Shown here: positions 12,542 through 25,967 of the stretch, in pieces
Layout of the letters: the number at the start of each line of letters is the position of its first letter
How positions within the stretch are numbered: position 1 is the first letter of the stretch
NCBI GenBank assembly: GCA_010093605.1
Contig: MU004186.1
Location: 761,765-825,764, forward strand
Reading direction: 5' to 3'
DNA: 64,000 nucleotides
Source: Lophium mytilinum
Taxonomy: Eukaryota
The notes under the pieces: generated by a model
The model's input: only the letters and a program-made list of their open reading frames with translations
The model's database searches: none
What the model was told of the DNA's origin: nothing
Made by a program: the position numbers and the translations under genes

Positions 12542-13214
12542 GTTGGTTCAATTAAGATGAATGTTCTTTGTAGCGGGTGTGCCGAATGTTGTGAAGTGAC
12601 AGTTGGAATGTGGGTTGGGCTGATGTTGGAGAAAGGCAGAAGGTGGCGGAAGTTCGAGATGGATGATGTTTCTGGGCCGCGGTTCCGGTAGCCAATCGGA
12701 GAGCCGAGATGTCGGAGCTTCATGATTTACGACGACGTCGAATGGGTGAAGCAGTGCCACTAACTGCTTAAGAGATATAACGTTGATCACGAAGCAGTTC
12801 AAGATCTGCTACATAAAGCGCGACCCTAGGTGCAGTAGGCATAGAGGTCAAATGTTGAAGAATGTAAATGAGCAAATGGGTTATAGTCTCTGACTTCAAA
12901 CACCTAGAACGAACTAGAGACTGCATTCAATGTAGCCAGATTTACTCCCAAACGCCATCGGGGCACAGAGTAATATGCCATAGCCAAAACGCCCACCAAC
13001 GATCAAGAAACTCAGAAATGCCGCTCAGAGCAAATGCCCTCGAACACGAGGCTGCGAGACAAGCCAGTAAGACACTCGCTAGAACGTGACGAGAAAAAGA
13101 TATATCATATGCCACGCATGAGGGTAGCTAGCCAACACCGACATCACTCCTCTCCCCGGTGTAACCAGAAGTGGCGCGCATGAACATTTATTCATCAAAG
13201 AAAACCAGGATGTG

Positions 13215-16200
13215 TTAGTCCTTCGTTTTGGTCTGCTTCTTCGCAGTACCGATGTGAGTGTTATGGACCTTGGTCGCAAATTTGAGACTTGTTATGGTTT
13301 CTTGGAGATGAGCCTGGTCAGGGCTGACCATGACAAACATAAGGGTTTTCGAGTTTCCACCGAGGGAATATTGAAGGAGATAGGTTAACTACATATGAGG
13401 TCAGTATACATGCTCATTTCGATAATCTGGAGCAGGCGCTTCCGCGTGAACGTACCTTGCTATTCCGGTAAGGAATATGTGCGTTCTCCTTTGCACTTCC
13501 TAGCGCGTTGATGACATCTCCAAGACAACTGAGACTCTTGTTGATGCTCTGCGTCTCCTTCAGCCGTTCACCCTGAGCCTGGCTATGTGCGAGCCTCTCG
13601 CTACCCGCCAGATCGACTAGGTTGAGGGTGCCTTCGCTTCGCTCACCAGTGATGCTGTTCACGCCGACCAACTTCAGGATGAAGACGGAGTGACTCCGCG
13701 AAGACCGTTCGTTTGCTTTTGTAGCTGCCACGCTGCGATTGTTGCTGGCTCGCTTGAGCATCTCGTCAACCCTGTCAGGGCCATCCAGCTCGACGGTTGT
13801 GACGTCCGTGATTATCGTTTGTTTCTTAGCGGTGTCATGTCGAATCTCTAGCTTCTTTTTGTCCAAATCCTCGGATTTCCCAAGCAAGTCGTTGATGTTC
13901 TCGTTGTAGACTTCGACAAATGAGCCATCCATCCTGTACTTCCAGCCCTTCTCTTCAAGCCGGGTTGCCTCAGCATAAATCTGCTGAACCGCTCGTGGAA
14001 TCATGCCGTCAGGCGACGACATGGTATAAGTCTTGCCAGAGCCTGTCTGTCCGTAACAAAATATGCAAACATTGTATCCGTCTAGTGCGCTCTGGACCAG
14101 CTGGCTAATCTCCTCAAAAACCTCTGCATTCTGCGACGTTGGGCCAAAGACGCGATCAAACGAGAAAGAATTGTTAGAAGTGGTGACGTTGCCAAGCGCG
14201 GTGCGCTGCTCTGGACCTCGAACCGCCACCTCTTTACTGTCGGTTTCGCAGTCAGGGTACGCAATGTTTGCCGGCTCGATTTCGCTGGATGCCAAGGTGG
14301 GTCGGACACGACAGAAGACTCTGATGTTGCCTTTGAGTTCCTGAACTTGATTGTGTAGCTTGCGACGCAGCGTCTCCTCGACCCGGAGTTTCTCGTTCGC
14401 TTGAGCTGCAGATTCTATTGCTTCCTGCATGCGACGATGAAGCTCCGCAAATGAATTCGACTGAGCCTGGTTATCGGATTCAAGAAAGTCGATCTTGGCC
14501 TTCATTTCCCGATTGGCGGTTTCCAGGGCAATGTTATTACCAGCGGCCTCAGACAACTTTTCTTGTAGTGAGCCCTTGATAAGTCGTTCCCGTTCTAGGT
14601 CAGTGGTGATTATAGAAAGCTCCCCTCTGACTTTCTGTGCCTCTCTTTCCTTGGCATCCAGGTCAATATCAACGCCGTGCAACTTCGAAGCCCATTGTTT
14701 CTGTAGTTCGTCGAATTCTTGTGCCCTCTTACTTTTCTCTTCCGCAACCTCTACTTTGAGTTTACGCTGCAGTTCATCCAACTCGTTTTGATGCAGCTTG
14801 ATGAGCTTCTCGACCTCAGTCTCAAAATCCTTTCGACTTTTATCAGCAGCGTTGTCGTTTTCTTTCTTCATCTTTTCAAGCTCCCGTCGATGCTCGTCGC
14901 GAAGGTCCTCGGTAGTATTGCGATGTTTTCGACGCAAGTCGTCGGCTTCAAAAGAATGGGCTCGTCGACACTCTTCAAGTGCTAGGCTGGCACTCGTGAA
15001 CTTTCCCCGACACTCGTCCAGTTCGCTTTGTAACCGGGTATTGTTGGTGGTGAGTTGTAGCCGGATTGATTCTAATTCGCTGACTGTAGATTCCAAACCA
15101 CACGTCAGTTTCTGCAGATTGGAGAGAGCGTATACATTCGCAATAATAAGCTCTTGAGGGGAGGCTCGAACTTTGGTGATCAACTTACTCTTATTCTTGA
15201 ATTGATTAATGGATTCCTGGAGGCCTTCCTTCTCAGAAATAGTGTTGTCCACTTTCTTTGCCATATTCTGAAATTGACTTTCTATCGTTTGGAACCGACT
15301 CTCGTAATCCCATTGCTCTGTTCTCACGTTAGAATCTTTGGTCAGAAAGAATGACTGTTTGCTTGGAGACACAGATCGTGAAAGGGACCGAGAAATAGAG
15401 CTTCTTGGAGAAGGAGACACACCCAACCCCGGGGAGGGCGCGGCCATGAAGCGAGGAGGGGTCGCAGCGAGAACTGGAATATGAGAAGGGGTTCGTTGGC
15501 CCTGTAGCTCTTTCTCAGGCGACTTGAATTCTCTTGAAGACCTGGTGCTGGAGGCCAGGCTCAAATGTTCGACCATCGTAGTCACGTCTTCTTCCTCCGG
15601 AAATATGGTGATAGAGAGTTGTCGACGATGAGATGAAAGAGAAGTCGAGACGAAACCATGCGACTTATTATTATAATTGCTATGATTATAACCCTTGAAG
15701 TCGTTCTGATTCCGCTGCTTTTTGTTTTGCGGTTGTTGATGAAGGGGAATGGAAAGAAGATATGCACCTTTTTCCTTCAGAGCCGTATTCTCCTCACTAA
15801 CAGAGCGTTGCGCCTGAGCGGTAGCTGGACGTTGCACACCATTGTGAGATGCGCTCCGATGATGTGAATTTGAAGTTTGCGGGCGACCATAGTTCCTCAT
15901 TGCAGCCATAGTAGACGGGGCACGCGAACCGTATGGTACACTGGTTCCAAAGTTTGAGGTCGAGGCAGTGCGCGTCATTGCGGATGGCACACGGGTTGAA
16001 TGGGCGAGACCCTTGCTGACTGAAGCGCTCACGGGTCGAGAGCTGGGAGGTGCTGCTATGCTACGACCGATGGGTTCTCCACCTTTCTCGGCCAACGTCT
16101 TGCGTTGTTTTGGAATTGGTTCCGGGCCTTAGACACTCCAAATCAGCTAGGACGTACTAGAAATTATTCGTTCTCGAGCCATACCTGCGGGGAGTTTGTG

Positions 16201-16464
16201 CTTGAGGCTGCCGTTGAGTTGTACTGGCGCCGGTGGTGGAAGCATTCTTGAGTTGTTCTGCGATTCCGATATCTCGCTGAGGCCTCTGGAGGGGGACTGG
16301 GGCATCTTGATGGGGTTGGGCTTTCGGAGACCCGATGGCCTTATCATCTAGTAGAAGAAATACGTTAGTTGATAGTGCTACAATGCGACGGTTTGATCTC
16401 GGGCAGTGGTGACGGAAGATGGCACGTGGAAGTAGCTTACCGCGTTCTCGTTAGCACCCTCCAT
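13215..16464 (-). CDS. KAR3: Kinesin-14 minus-end motor (Kar3/KlpA)
   Basis: Coiled-coil stalk, then neck ELKGNIRVFCRVRP, P-loop YGQTGSGKT, switch I NERSSRSH, switch II DLAGSE and HIPYRNSK. Last exon LTYLLQYSLGGNSKTLMFV...TKTKD*. Probable ATG at 16464 (MEGANENA). Confidence 0.95.
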
Positions 16465-16879
16465 GACCAATGTGGATACAAATAATCCCTTCGCAATGGC
16501 GCGACAATCATATACGCATAGCTCGGTCCTGCGAAGCGTGGTGGACGGAATTGGGAGATGCGGTGGTTCGTGGTGTTGGTCGTGGTTTCCTAGCGGCTGG
16601 GGACGTAAACACACAAACAATGACCCCTGTTAGATTGCCCGCCTACTCTGCCCGCGCTAAGCCTTGCCTGCGGCGTCACGGCGTCTTCACATGCTACCTC
16701 ATCATCGATTGCCGCGAAAGGCGACGACCGACTTACAAAGACCGATCATTTCTCTGCTACCCTGGTCACCCCACGACAAGCTGCATAATACTGCTGCTCA
16801 CTGTCTCAGGCCATCGCCATAAATCATCCAACGTGCCGTCGCTCATGGACCGGTGCTATTCACCGAGCTGACTTTCACC

Positions 16880-18132
16880 ATGGAGAAATATTCCCAATTT
16901 CGGGATCGAGGTGAGATTGCGTCCATATTCATACTCTGTTTGTACTCAGCCGAGAGAATGCAACTCACAAATTATGATACAGGCACCGCGATTGCGCCCT
17001 TCTTCCCCGTAACCTCCCCGCCATCGGGCCTACTATGGATGCCCGTGCATCTCTTCCTCTTCGCTATCCGAGTGCCAGCTCTCCTCTGTTTCTCGATGTT
17101 CTACTTCACTATATTACGATGGCTACCAGTCGGGTCCTTTGCGAAAAAAGCGGTGCTATGGTGCATGATTGGCATACCAGGCATCTGGTGGATAGATCTC
17201 CAGATAGATCGAGTTAAGAGAGGGTACGATACTCAACTTTCACACCAAGACATTCTATACCTACCTTCCTTTCTCGTATTTCGTCAGATACTCCAAATTT
17301 AACCTCAGAACTCAAGCACTAATACTCCCACAGAAGTCTCAACTCCAAGGCCGCCCTCGCCCGACTCCCCTCCGCAGGCACCATCATCGCCTCCTCTCTC
17401 ACTTCCCCCCTCGATGCTCTCTATCTCGCCGCAATATTTGACCCTATATTCACAGCCTCCTACCCTGGCACCCGCCTCGTACAGCGGATCTCGCTCTTCC
17501 GCGCTATGCAGCTCGCGCTTCTCCCACCGCAGCTCGTGCCTCCACGCTCCTCTGCAGACAAGCTCGTACCCTTGTCTGAGATCCTCGCACGTTACCCGGA
17601 TGCAAGCGTGGTAGTCATGCCAGAATGTACGACCACCAATGGCCGCGGCATCCTCCCTTTCAGTCCTAGTCTTCTGTCTGCGCCGCCGAACGCGAAGATC
17701 TTCCCAGTCAATATGCGCTACACGCCTGGTGACATTACAACACCAGTACCGCAAGAATATTTGCGCTGGCTTTGGCGGCTCTGCTCGAAACCGACGCACT
17801 GCATCCGTGTCCGGGTGGCTGAGTGTGTTTATAACAATCCGATGCTTACGTCGCCAACGCCAGCTTCTTCGTCCACGTCAAGATCGACTGGGTTGGATAC
17901 GGTAGCAAACAACTCGTATGAGACAAACTTCTTCGATACAGCAGACATTGGTGACGGCTCCGACACTCTCATCGGCTCAGACGACGTAGAAGATGGACTT
18001 ACGCCTGATGAGCGGCGTGTACTAGATCGGGTGGCGGAAGATCTGGCCAGGCTGGGTAGAGTGAAAAGAGTTGGGTTGGGAGTACGAGAGAAGATTGATT
18101 TTGTGAAAGTGTGGGGAAGCAGGCGGAGATAG
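16880..18132 (+). CDS. LOA1: Lysophosphatidic acid:oleoyl-CoA acyltransferase (Loa1/Vps66)
   Basis: MEKYSQFRDR-GTAIAPFFP N-terminus, TSPLDALYLAAIFDPIF and MPECTTTNGRGIL acyltransferase motifs, and RVKRVGLGVREKIDF C-terminus. Two introns. Confidence 0.85.
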
Positions 18133-19237
18133 ATATCACGGAATTCAAAATGGATGTACGCAGCATGATCCTATGGATAGAAAATGTGGGCATGGTAGAC
18201 GCGAGAGGACATTTGATCGAAGCGTTTAAGCGAGTACCAATAAGTGTAGGTGATATGAGGATATCTTGATAGCATTTAGATAGACGTGGGCGGGGCATTC
18301 AAAGAGTTTATTCCAACCACATGGTAGATTCAAATCACGATATCAATATCACCGTTTCCCCACCCCCTTCGAGAGAATACAGACTTCGTGGCAAGCACAG
18401 AACAGCACGAGGGTAGTCTCATTTCATCTGGACCGCCTCTGTAAATACATACACTGCGATGACGTCTCTACATACCACCCTTTTGGTGGAACCTTCTTCC
18501 CTTGCGTGCTGTGAAACGACGCCGAGCCGTTGTCAACGGGCTTCACACACTTGAACATAATGGAGGTGTGATTATATAAAAACCTTGAGAGCAGATGATA
18601 TTGAATGGGTAGTAGTGGTCGCGTGACAGCGAATGACAAGCGTGCAGTGCGTTCCCTGGTTCCCGGATAGCCGTCGGATGGGTGTTTCAGATTGAGATTG
18701 AAACAAGCTGGAGCACTCCTAGCGAAAGGAGACTGACAAGCAGCCGATCCTGGAGAAAGGGACGTGTTTCAATAATCAGGAGAACACCATGGCGTGGGAG
18801 TCTGTCGTATTCTAGAGACGTCCTGAATGTCTGTGATGTCTACCACGCAGTGTACAGTACATACCCTTTGTTTTTTCGATACGAGATCGACGTGCGGGTC
18901 GCCACCACCCGCTATAATTACCAGCTGGGCCTGACATATCCGCCAATAACGTTGTCGTGTTCTAGCGTCGTGGCTGCCGCGAATTAGGCGTTGCGCAACG
19001 GCTGCTCTAATTCCTAAACACCACCTGGGGACGTCGACTTTGTTCTCCTACCCCCAACACGCCGACTCATTGATTTTGATACGACTGCAACGCGTGACGG
19101 CCTCCTCCTCCTACCCATTCCACCACCTTCGCTAGAACGGCCCGCATCACTGTCGTTTATCCGCCACGTTTTGTTCCCTGAATCCGACCTCAACGCTACG
19201 TTGAACGTAGCGACGTCTTACCACAGCCACCTTCACC

Positions 19238-22218
19238 ATGGATAACCGGCCGGGAAGCGTGCAAAGCTCCGTTGGTGATGGCGTAAGACTGCCTCCTCGA
19301 AATGTTCTGGAATGGCAGAGCACTTGCTGACCTGGACAATACGCACAGGAAACCTTTGAAGACGCCTCCGACATGACCCCCCGACCTCCCGCCCACTCAG
19401 ACCGCTCTAGGTCGAGATCTTTAACCACGCGACGGCGCTCCTCGACGACAACAACCAAGGAGAGCGGGGAGGAGCCTCCACTGCCCGGAATGCCAGACAG
19501 TGAAGGAGCGAATGGCCATGCCCACGAAACCGACGAGAACTCCCCGCCTTCGAAGTCTCCCCTTCCTACACAACACCGACTGTCAGAAACGTCAGATATG
19601 GACGACGTCAACCTAGAAGAAGGTTCGTATACAGTTTCCGCGTCCTGGACACAACCTAGCGAAGGACTATCCGACACACCGCTTTTCTCTTCACTACCAC
19701 GCTTTGTACTTAGGAAGCACATTACATTGATTGGCGACATGATATCTGTATCCAGCACTGACAATGACCAGATCAGGACTCACCACCGCCAGCCCTGCCC
19801 CCAAAGCTACCCTCACGGAAACCATCAGGACTACAGGGCCTCTCTGGCACAATGGCCCCAGTAAACTTTCCCCCACCGCCTTCAGCCCCCGCCGAAAAGC
19901 CTCATTCTCTGCCTCCTCCACCACCTCCTTCTAGAAAAATTACGAGTCCTTTCTCTTGGCTTTCCCGAGGGAACACCGAGAAAAAGGTCACTTCACCGCC
20001 CTTACCAGCGGTATCTCCTGGTCATGACCGGCGAAACACAAATGCGTCCATGGCAACAATTGGAAGCAATCCCGAACTCATGCTTAGCAAGATCGAAGAT
20101 GAAGGAACCGGAGAAGGATCGAACAACAGGTCTAGCCAAAGTAGTCTCCGTGACCGATTTAAGCTTCTGCGCTTGAGGGAGGAGGCAGGAATAACATCCT
20201 TGGAAGAGGAGCATGAGGGCGCTACAAGCCCGGGAGGAGCTCTTGCTGGACTGATTGGGCGAACAGCGAGTGTAGGCTTAGGAATTGGAAGTCCAAACTC
20301 CGTTGCCGAAGAAAAGGAAGAACATTTTCCACACATGGCCCGAGGCGCATCGAGCCCAGGTCCTGGGTCACTGATCAAGCAACCGACCATCAATCCTAAT
20401 CTGGCACCTGGAACCGCAGCTGGATTCGCCGTCGGCCCTACGGAGTCTGCTGCTCCAGTCGATTGGGACTTGTGGCAATCAGTGGTCTATGAGGGACCAG
20501 CCGCAGTAGCACGAACAAGCTCCGAAGAACTCAACCAGGCCATTGCAAGTGGAATCCCCCAGGCAATAAGGGGTGTGGTATGGCAAGTCCTGGCGCAAAG
20601 CAAAAACGAAGAACTCGAGGGCGTCTATAAAGAGCTCGTCGTGAGAGGCACGGATAAGGAACGCGTCACAATGCATCTTCCAGGATTCGGACGCGGGGAC
20701 CATAACGGGCGCGCCAATGGTACTGCAAAAGAGAAAGACTCGATCGCTTCATCTGCATCCTCGATCCACTCAAACCAATCTACCCCCGCTTCCACTGCTC
20801 CAACGGGATCACCAACAACACTAGGCGACGACCACGAAGCAGTCGCAAAGCTGCACGCAAAATTAACAGCAGAGAAGCAAAAGAAGGCAAAAGAGGAAGC
20901 TGCAGCGATATCAAAGCTGGAAAAGGCTATCAAACGCGATTTGGGGGCCCGCACGAGCTACTCAAAGTATGTCATGGCGAATGGGCTTCAAGACGGACTG
21001 TTCGGTTTGTGCAAAGCATACGCCTTGTTTGACGAGGCTGTGGGCTATGCACAGGGTATGAACTTCATTGTCATGCCACTCTTGTTCAATGTAAGTGTAG
21101 TGGATCATTGAACGATACGTTAGCAAACACTAATCGAGAACGTAGATGCCAGAGGAAGAAGCGTTTTGTCTCTTAGTCCGACTGATGAATAAATACGGCC
21201 TGCGAGACCTGTTCATCAACGGCATGCCAGGTCTTCATCTACATCTCTACCAGTTCGAGCGTCTTCTCGAAGACTTTGAACCGGCACTTTACTGTCATCT
21301 CAACCGCCGCGGCGTCAAGCCGGATCTTTACGCCACACAATGGTTCCTCACTCTCTTTGCTTACCGCTTCCCTCTCCAACTCGTGCTCCGCATCTATGAC
21401 CTCATTCTCAGCGAAGGCCTCGAAGGCGCCATCCTCAAGTTCGGCATCGTCCTCATGCAAAAGAACGCGCAAACGCTCCTCGGTATGCGCGACATGTCCG
21501 CCCTCACTACATTCCTAAAGGAGCGCCTCTTCGACGTCTACATCGACAAAACTCCGTCCGCCTCCTCCCTCCTCGACAGCGGCTTCTTTGGCTCTACCGG
21601 CGGCATCGACAAGGAAGTTTACCGCGCCGACATGCTCGTACAAGATGCGTGCGCGGTCAAAGTCACACCGGAAATGCTAAAGCTCTACGCGACCGAGTGG
21701 CGGGAGAAGCAGCAGATTCAGAAGCAGCGTGAAGAGCACCTCGAATCGCTCGAGGAGAAGTGCCGGACGCTGACGATGAAGGTTCGTTCGCTCGAGGAAC
21801 GCGCTGAGAAGAGCGACACGGAGCACGTACAAATGGCGTCGGAGCTTGTGCGCACGAAGGTCGACAACGAGACGCTGGGCGACGAGAACGAGAGCTTGAA
21901 GACGAGGGTCGAGGAACTCCAGCGCATCGTCGAGAAGCAGCCCGAAGAGGTCGAGGCGAAGCTGCGGAACGAGATGGACACGGTCATGCAGAAGAATATT
22001 GTCGTGCATAACGAGAACCGTGCGCTGGAGGAGCAGTTGGCGGATATGGAGAAGGAGCTTGTGGAGACGAAGATGCAGTGGGCGGAGGTGAGTCAATCCT
22101 TTTCAAACGATCACATCTCAACGGCGGCGGCTAATGATACGCACAGATCAACTCTGAGCACGAGACGCTGAAGCAGAAGTGGAATAACATCACGCACCTC
22201 ATGAACAGCGGCAAGTAG
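19238..22218 (+). CDS. GYP5: Rab GTPase-activating protein with TBC domain and C-terminal coiled coil (Gyp5-like)
   Basis: GIPQAIRGVVWQ, IKRDLGART, VGYAQGMNFI (Gln finger), LYATQWFLTLF, then a long coiled coil. Introns near 19.28, 19.62, 21.09 and 22.09 kb. Stop at 22216-22218. Confidence 0.88.
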
Positions 22219-23927
22219 ACTTCGATTACGCCTCCACCGCCTCATCATCGCCTCGATCTTTCACTTTCGGGAACCTCGCGTCGACCGCAGCTGCAGCTTA
22301 ACCAATGCTTTTTACCTTCAACTGTCTATATTCTCTAGCGGGCCTGGCGTGTTGCGCTGCCTGAGGCACGCATCCTACTCCCTTTTCTGTTTTTGCATGG
22401 GGTGTCGGTGTTTGGATAACCGTATGGCTTTCTTTTTCCTGGGTGGCTGCTGGATTGTGAGCGTTTGCCGCTTTCTATCGTATACCTGGGCGGTACTTGC
22501 AAATGGTGCCTGGGTGGTAGTTTGCCTGTCCTTAAATGTTGGGTCTTTGGAGAAGTGAAGACGGTGTTGGAAATGGGGGGAAGGCAGAGGGTGGAGGGTG
22601 CAGGATGATGCTGTTCCTTACTTCTATCATGGACGAAAGGTTTTTATATACCCTGAACTTTGCGTGTTAACGAGAACGCGAAGGCTATGCTAGCGACACA
22701 AAACAAATGGTTTCTATTTCACACCCAGGTCGCCCTTCTCGGGTTAAAACATGCGAGAAAGCGAGTACCTAATGCTAATTACGTGCGCGACCTCCCGCGT
22801 CTTGAGGTCATGCATTACGAGCCCACGAAAAGTGGGCAGAATTACATCAAGATTTGAGTTTTTTTTTTAAGAGGTTGGATTGATAGATAATACATATACC
22901 TATCCACGCGCTATGCCCATCCCTCCCTATACCCCTCGCCAGAAACCCACACACAAACACTTTCCGGAAAATACACAGTCAGCCCCAATATATATATCTC
23001 TCTTGCGCGCTCCTCTGCTCGCTTTCAGGGTGTCCATGAATAAGGAAAAGGGAGAAAAATGCGGGTTCCGCTGACCCCCGGATACATGAAAAGTCAAATA
23101 GACAAAGTGTTGACGGAAAGGAAATATGGTGTCAGAGAGAGAGGTAGGTATTTGAAATCCGTAGATAGATTTATGATTCTCCATGCGTTCTCGAAGCACT
23201 ACTTCTCGCATCCGCTATCAAAGGAAACACACAGACACACGCACACACACCCGAGCAATGCCAGTAAGAGGGTCCAAGGAAAAAGAAACAAGGAACAGTG
23301 GAATAACAATCAGGCAGAAGGACGTTTCTGGCTAAAGAGCCCGGAGCGCTGGCTTTGCAGGCTGTGTGGCTGGCTAGCTGGCTGGTGGAGAGAGTAAGTC
23401 GCTGAGTACGACGAAGTTTGTGTGAATGAAAGATTATGCAATGGCCCCAGGCCCTTCCCCCCTCCGCTTGTTTCCATGCTCTCCCCCTCCTCTTCAAATC
23501 GAGCCCATCTCCCTCTTCATCGTCGTCTTTCTTTTATGAAAACCCCTGAGCGGCGGAACCCGAGGCGGACTTTTTATGAACAGCAATCTGCAAACAGCCG
23601 AGAGCGCGGTTCCCATTATCCTCCTCCCCACTACCTCACTCACGACCACCGGTCCCGCGCGTGGGCGTCCGTCCCATGCAGACGTACCAATGAAGAAAAA
23701 GAATAATTAAACAGTACAATCTAAAGCGTAAAAGGCTTATGCTTTCAATCGAATAGGGTGCGTGTCCCAGCTCAGGCTCAGTTCAGCCGCAACGCGCAAA
23801 ACCCAGACCCAAGCAAACCCACTTCATCATAATTTTTCGGAATAGTCAACAAGGATTACTATATGATTTTCTCGCAAGGCTTCTCTTCTTCCCGTGTTTT
23901 GGTGTTTGACTTTTGTTTTCGCTTTCT

Positions 23928-25967
23928 TTACAACGCTACGTCGAGCACGAGGCTGACGTCGCTGACCTGCGGGCCAGCGAGGTCTTCGAGGACGGGTATT
24001 AGGTCGAGAAGCTCGTTATCGTGGGCATCAGAGAACCAGCTGCTGATCGGGACGGCGTGCTGTGGGTGGAAGATGTACGAGGTGGGCGAATTGTCGATGA
24101 TGATGGTCTCGCGGAGATCGCGGCCGACTTGAGATAGATCCTGGGCGAAAGTCAGTGGTTGGTTACGGAGATGAGTTGGCGAAACACGGACCTTAACATA
24201 ATTGCCTTGATGGTTGTAACAGCTCTCTCGGAAGAGTCTGTGATGCACAACACCATGGATATCAAGCTGGTCCAAGAGAGGGTCACCATACTGGAATTTG
24301 ATCAGCCTGGGACGACACAAACATGGCAGCAACTCTCACCTTTGATACCGACGCCGTAAACACCACGACTTCGTAAAGCTCGCCAACCCGCTTCATGAAG
24401 GCATCAACCCCGGGGCGTTTGATGACATACACATTGTGGTATTGGCCCTCAATTTCCACTGGGATCGTGAAGTCTGCTTGGTGAAGAATCTATGCATTGT
24501 AAGCTTGTGTGACTGATATCGAGGAGAGCAGGATGATTTACCTTGAAGCTGCTATGCACCAGCGTTTCATCCAAATCCAAGACTAAGCACTTCTTTCCCT
24601 TGAATTCCGACCTGATAGGTGGCAGCAACCACTTCTGAGGTTCTGCGGGAGTCGCTGCTAAGCTCTCCTGACTTTGCGGTGCGGCGCCTATGGAATGCCG
24701 AGTCTGATCTTGGCGTTCGGCGAGCGGTGGGGGTGGTGGCAAGTCGATCTTGACTGGGGCGGCCTCTCTTTGCACCGATGAACCAGCAGCGTCTTCGCCT
24801 TCGGTGTGGGTATCATTAGTGGACAGAGGTAAAGATGGAGCGGCGTCCGTCATCTCAATGTCAGTGTCCCGTTGCTCTTGCTGCGGTGTCCGGTCGTGTA
24901 TTAATTGCTCCTCCTCCTGAGAGACTATGGGCGTTGGTGCTTGGATCATGACTTGGGGATTGGACGCAGAGGCAGTGTCGAGATGATCTGGTTGGGTAGG
25001 TAGCGGTGGAAGCGAGTGGTCCACTGATCTTTTGGAGGATGAGGGAGCTCGGCCAATCGGCGCCGTCGTCGTCACCTGCGGAGCTGGTCTCTCCATGGTT
25101 GCGTCCCCTTGAAGGGGCTTGTCGCTCTCACGTTTGTTTCCGCTATAAACCGGCTCGCCAGCCTTCTCATCAATTGGGTCCTTCGAATCTGCCGTGCTTG
25201 ATTCAGCCGCGCTCGCATCTTGCTTCTTCACCGGCGTCGGCTGCGTGCTCCGACCTGACCGCAGCTTGCTGGCTTGCTTTGCGTTCTCCGTAGTGTCGTC
25301 TTGATCAACCAAATTCCCGCCCTTTGGCACCCCGCAGCAGTTCAAAAACGACAGGAAGCCTCCGCTCTTCTTCTTGCCTTGACTATGCGTCGATCCGTCG
25401 GCCTGCTTTGCGACGGGCAATGGCGGCGCTGCCTTCTCCGACGTGGCGGGCCGCTGCGAGTGTTTGCTGCTTGCTGTGCTTCCAGCCCTCCGCTTTCCCG
25501 TGAACGAGCGTTTCGAGCCGCGCCCTATGCTTTCCGATGAGTCTGCCACAGTTGCTCCGCTCAAGCCAGTACCCGTGGGCGTCGAGTCGTCCTGCTGAGT
25601 CCTCGAGGAACGGCCAGGAATACTCAACAGCGAACGCTTCTTCTTGGGCTCTCCCTCGGGTGTAAGCGCACTGTCAGCGTTTGCGGACTCGGGGCTCGTG
25701 AGCTCGTCTGCGGTCAATTGTTTTCGCGAGGAGGATCGTGACGGAGGAGCGTTGGCGGCCGACCCTGCTAGCATCACATGTCAGCGCGCCCGTGGTCAAC
25801 AAATCAAGAGCAAGCCAATGGAGGCCATCGACTGCACAGGTAGAGAAGGTGGACGTACCGAGCCCGTTGGGCTGAGGAGCAAAGGCGGTGGAGTCGCTGG
25901 TGAGGGCCTTCTCCGCCGCAGGGTGACGAGCCTGATCCGCGGGTGGCTGTAGGGGCTCGTGGCTCAT
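23928..25967 (-). CDS. PSR1: HAD-family CTD small phosphatase (Psr1/Psr2-like; NIF/FCP1 domain)
   Basis: [52 protein letters not shown] and [13 protein letters not shown] motifs. Internal FLNCCG putative palmitoylation site. Multi-exon. Confidence 0.9.
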
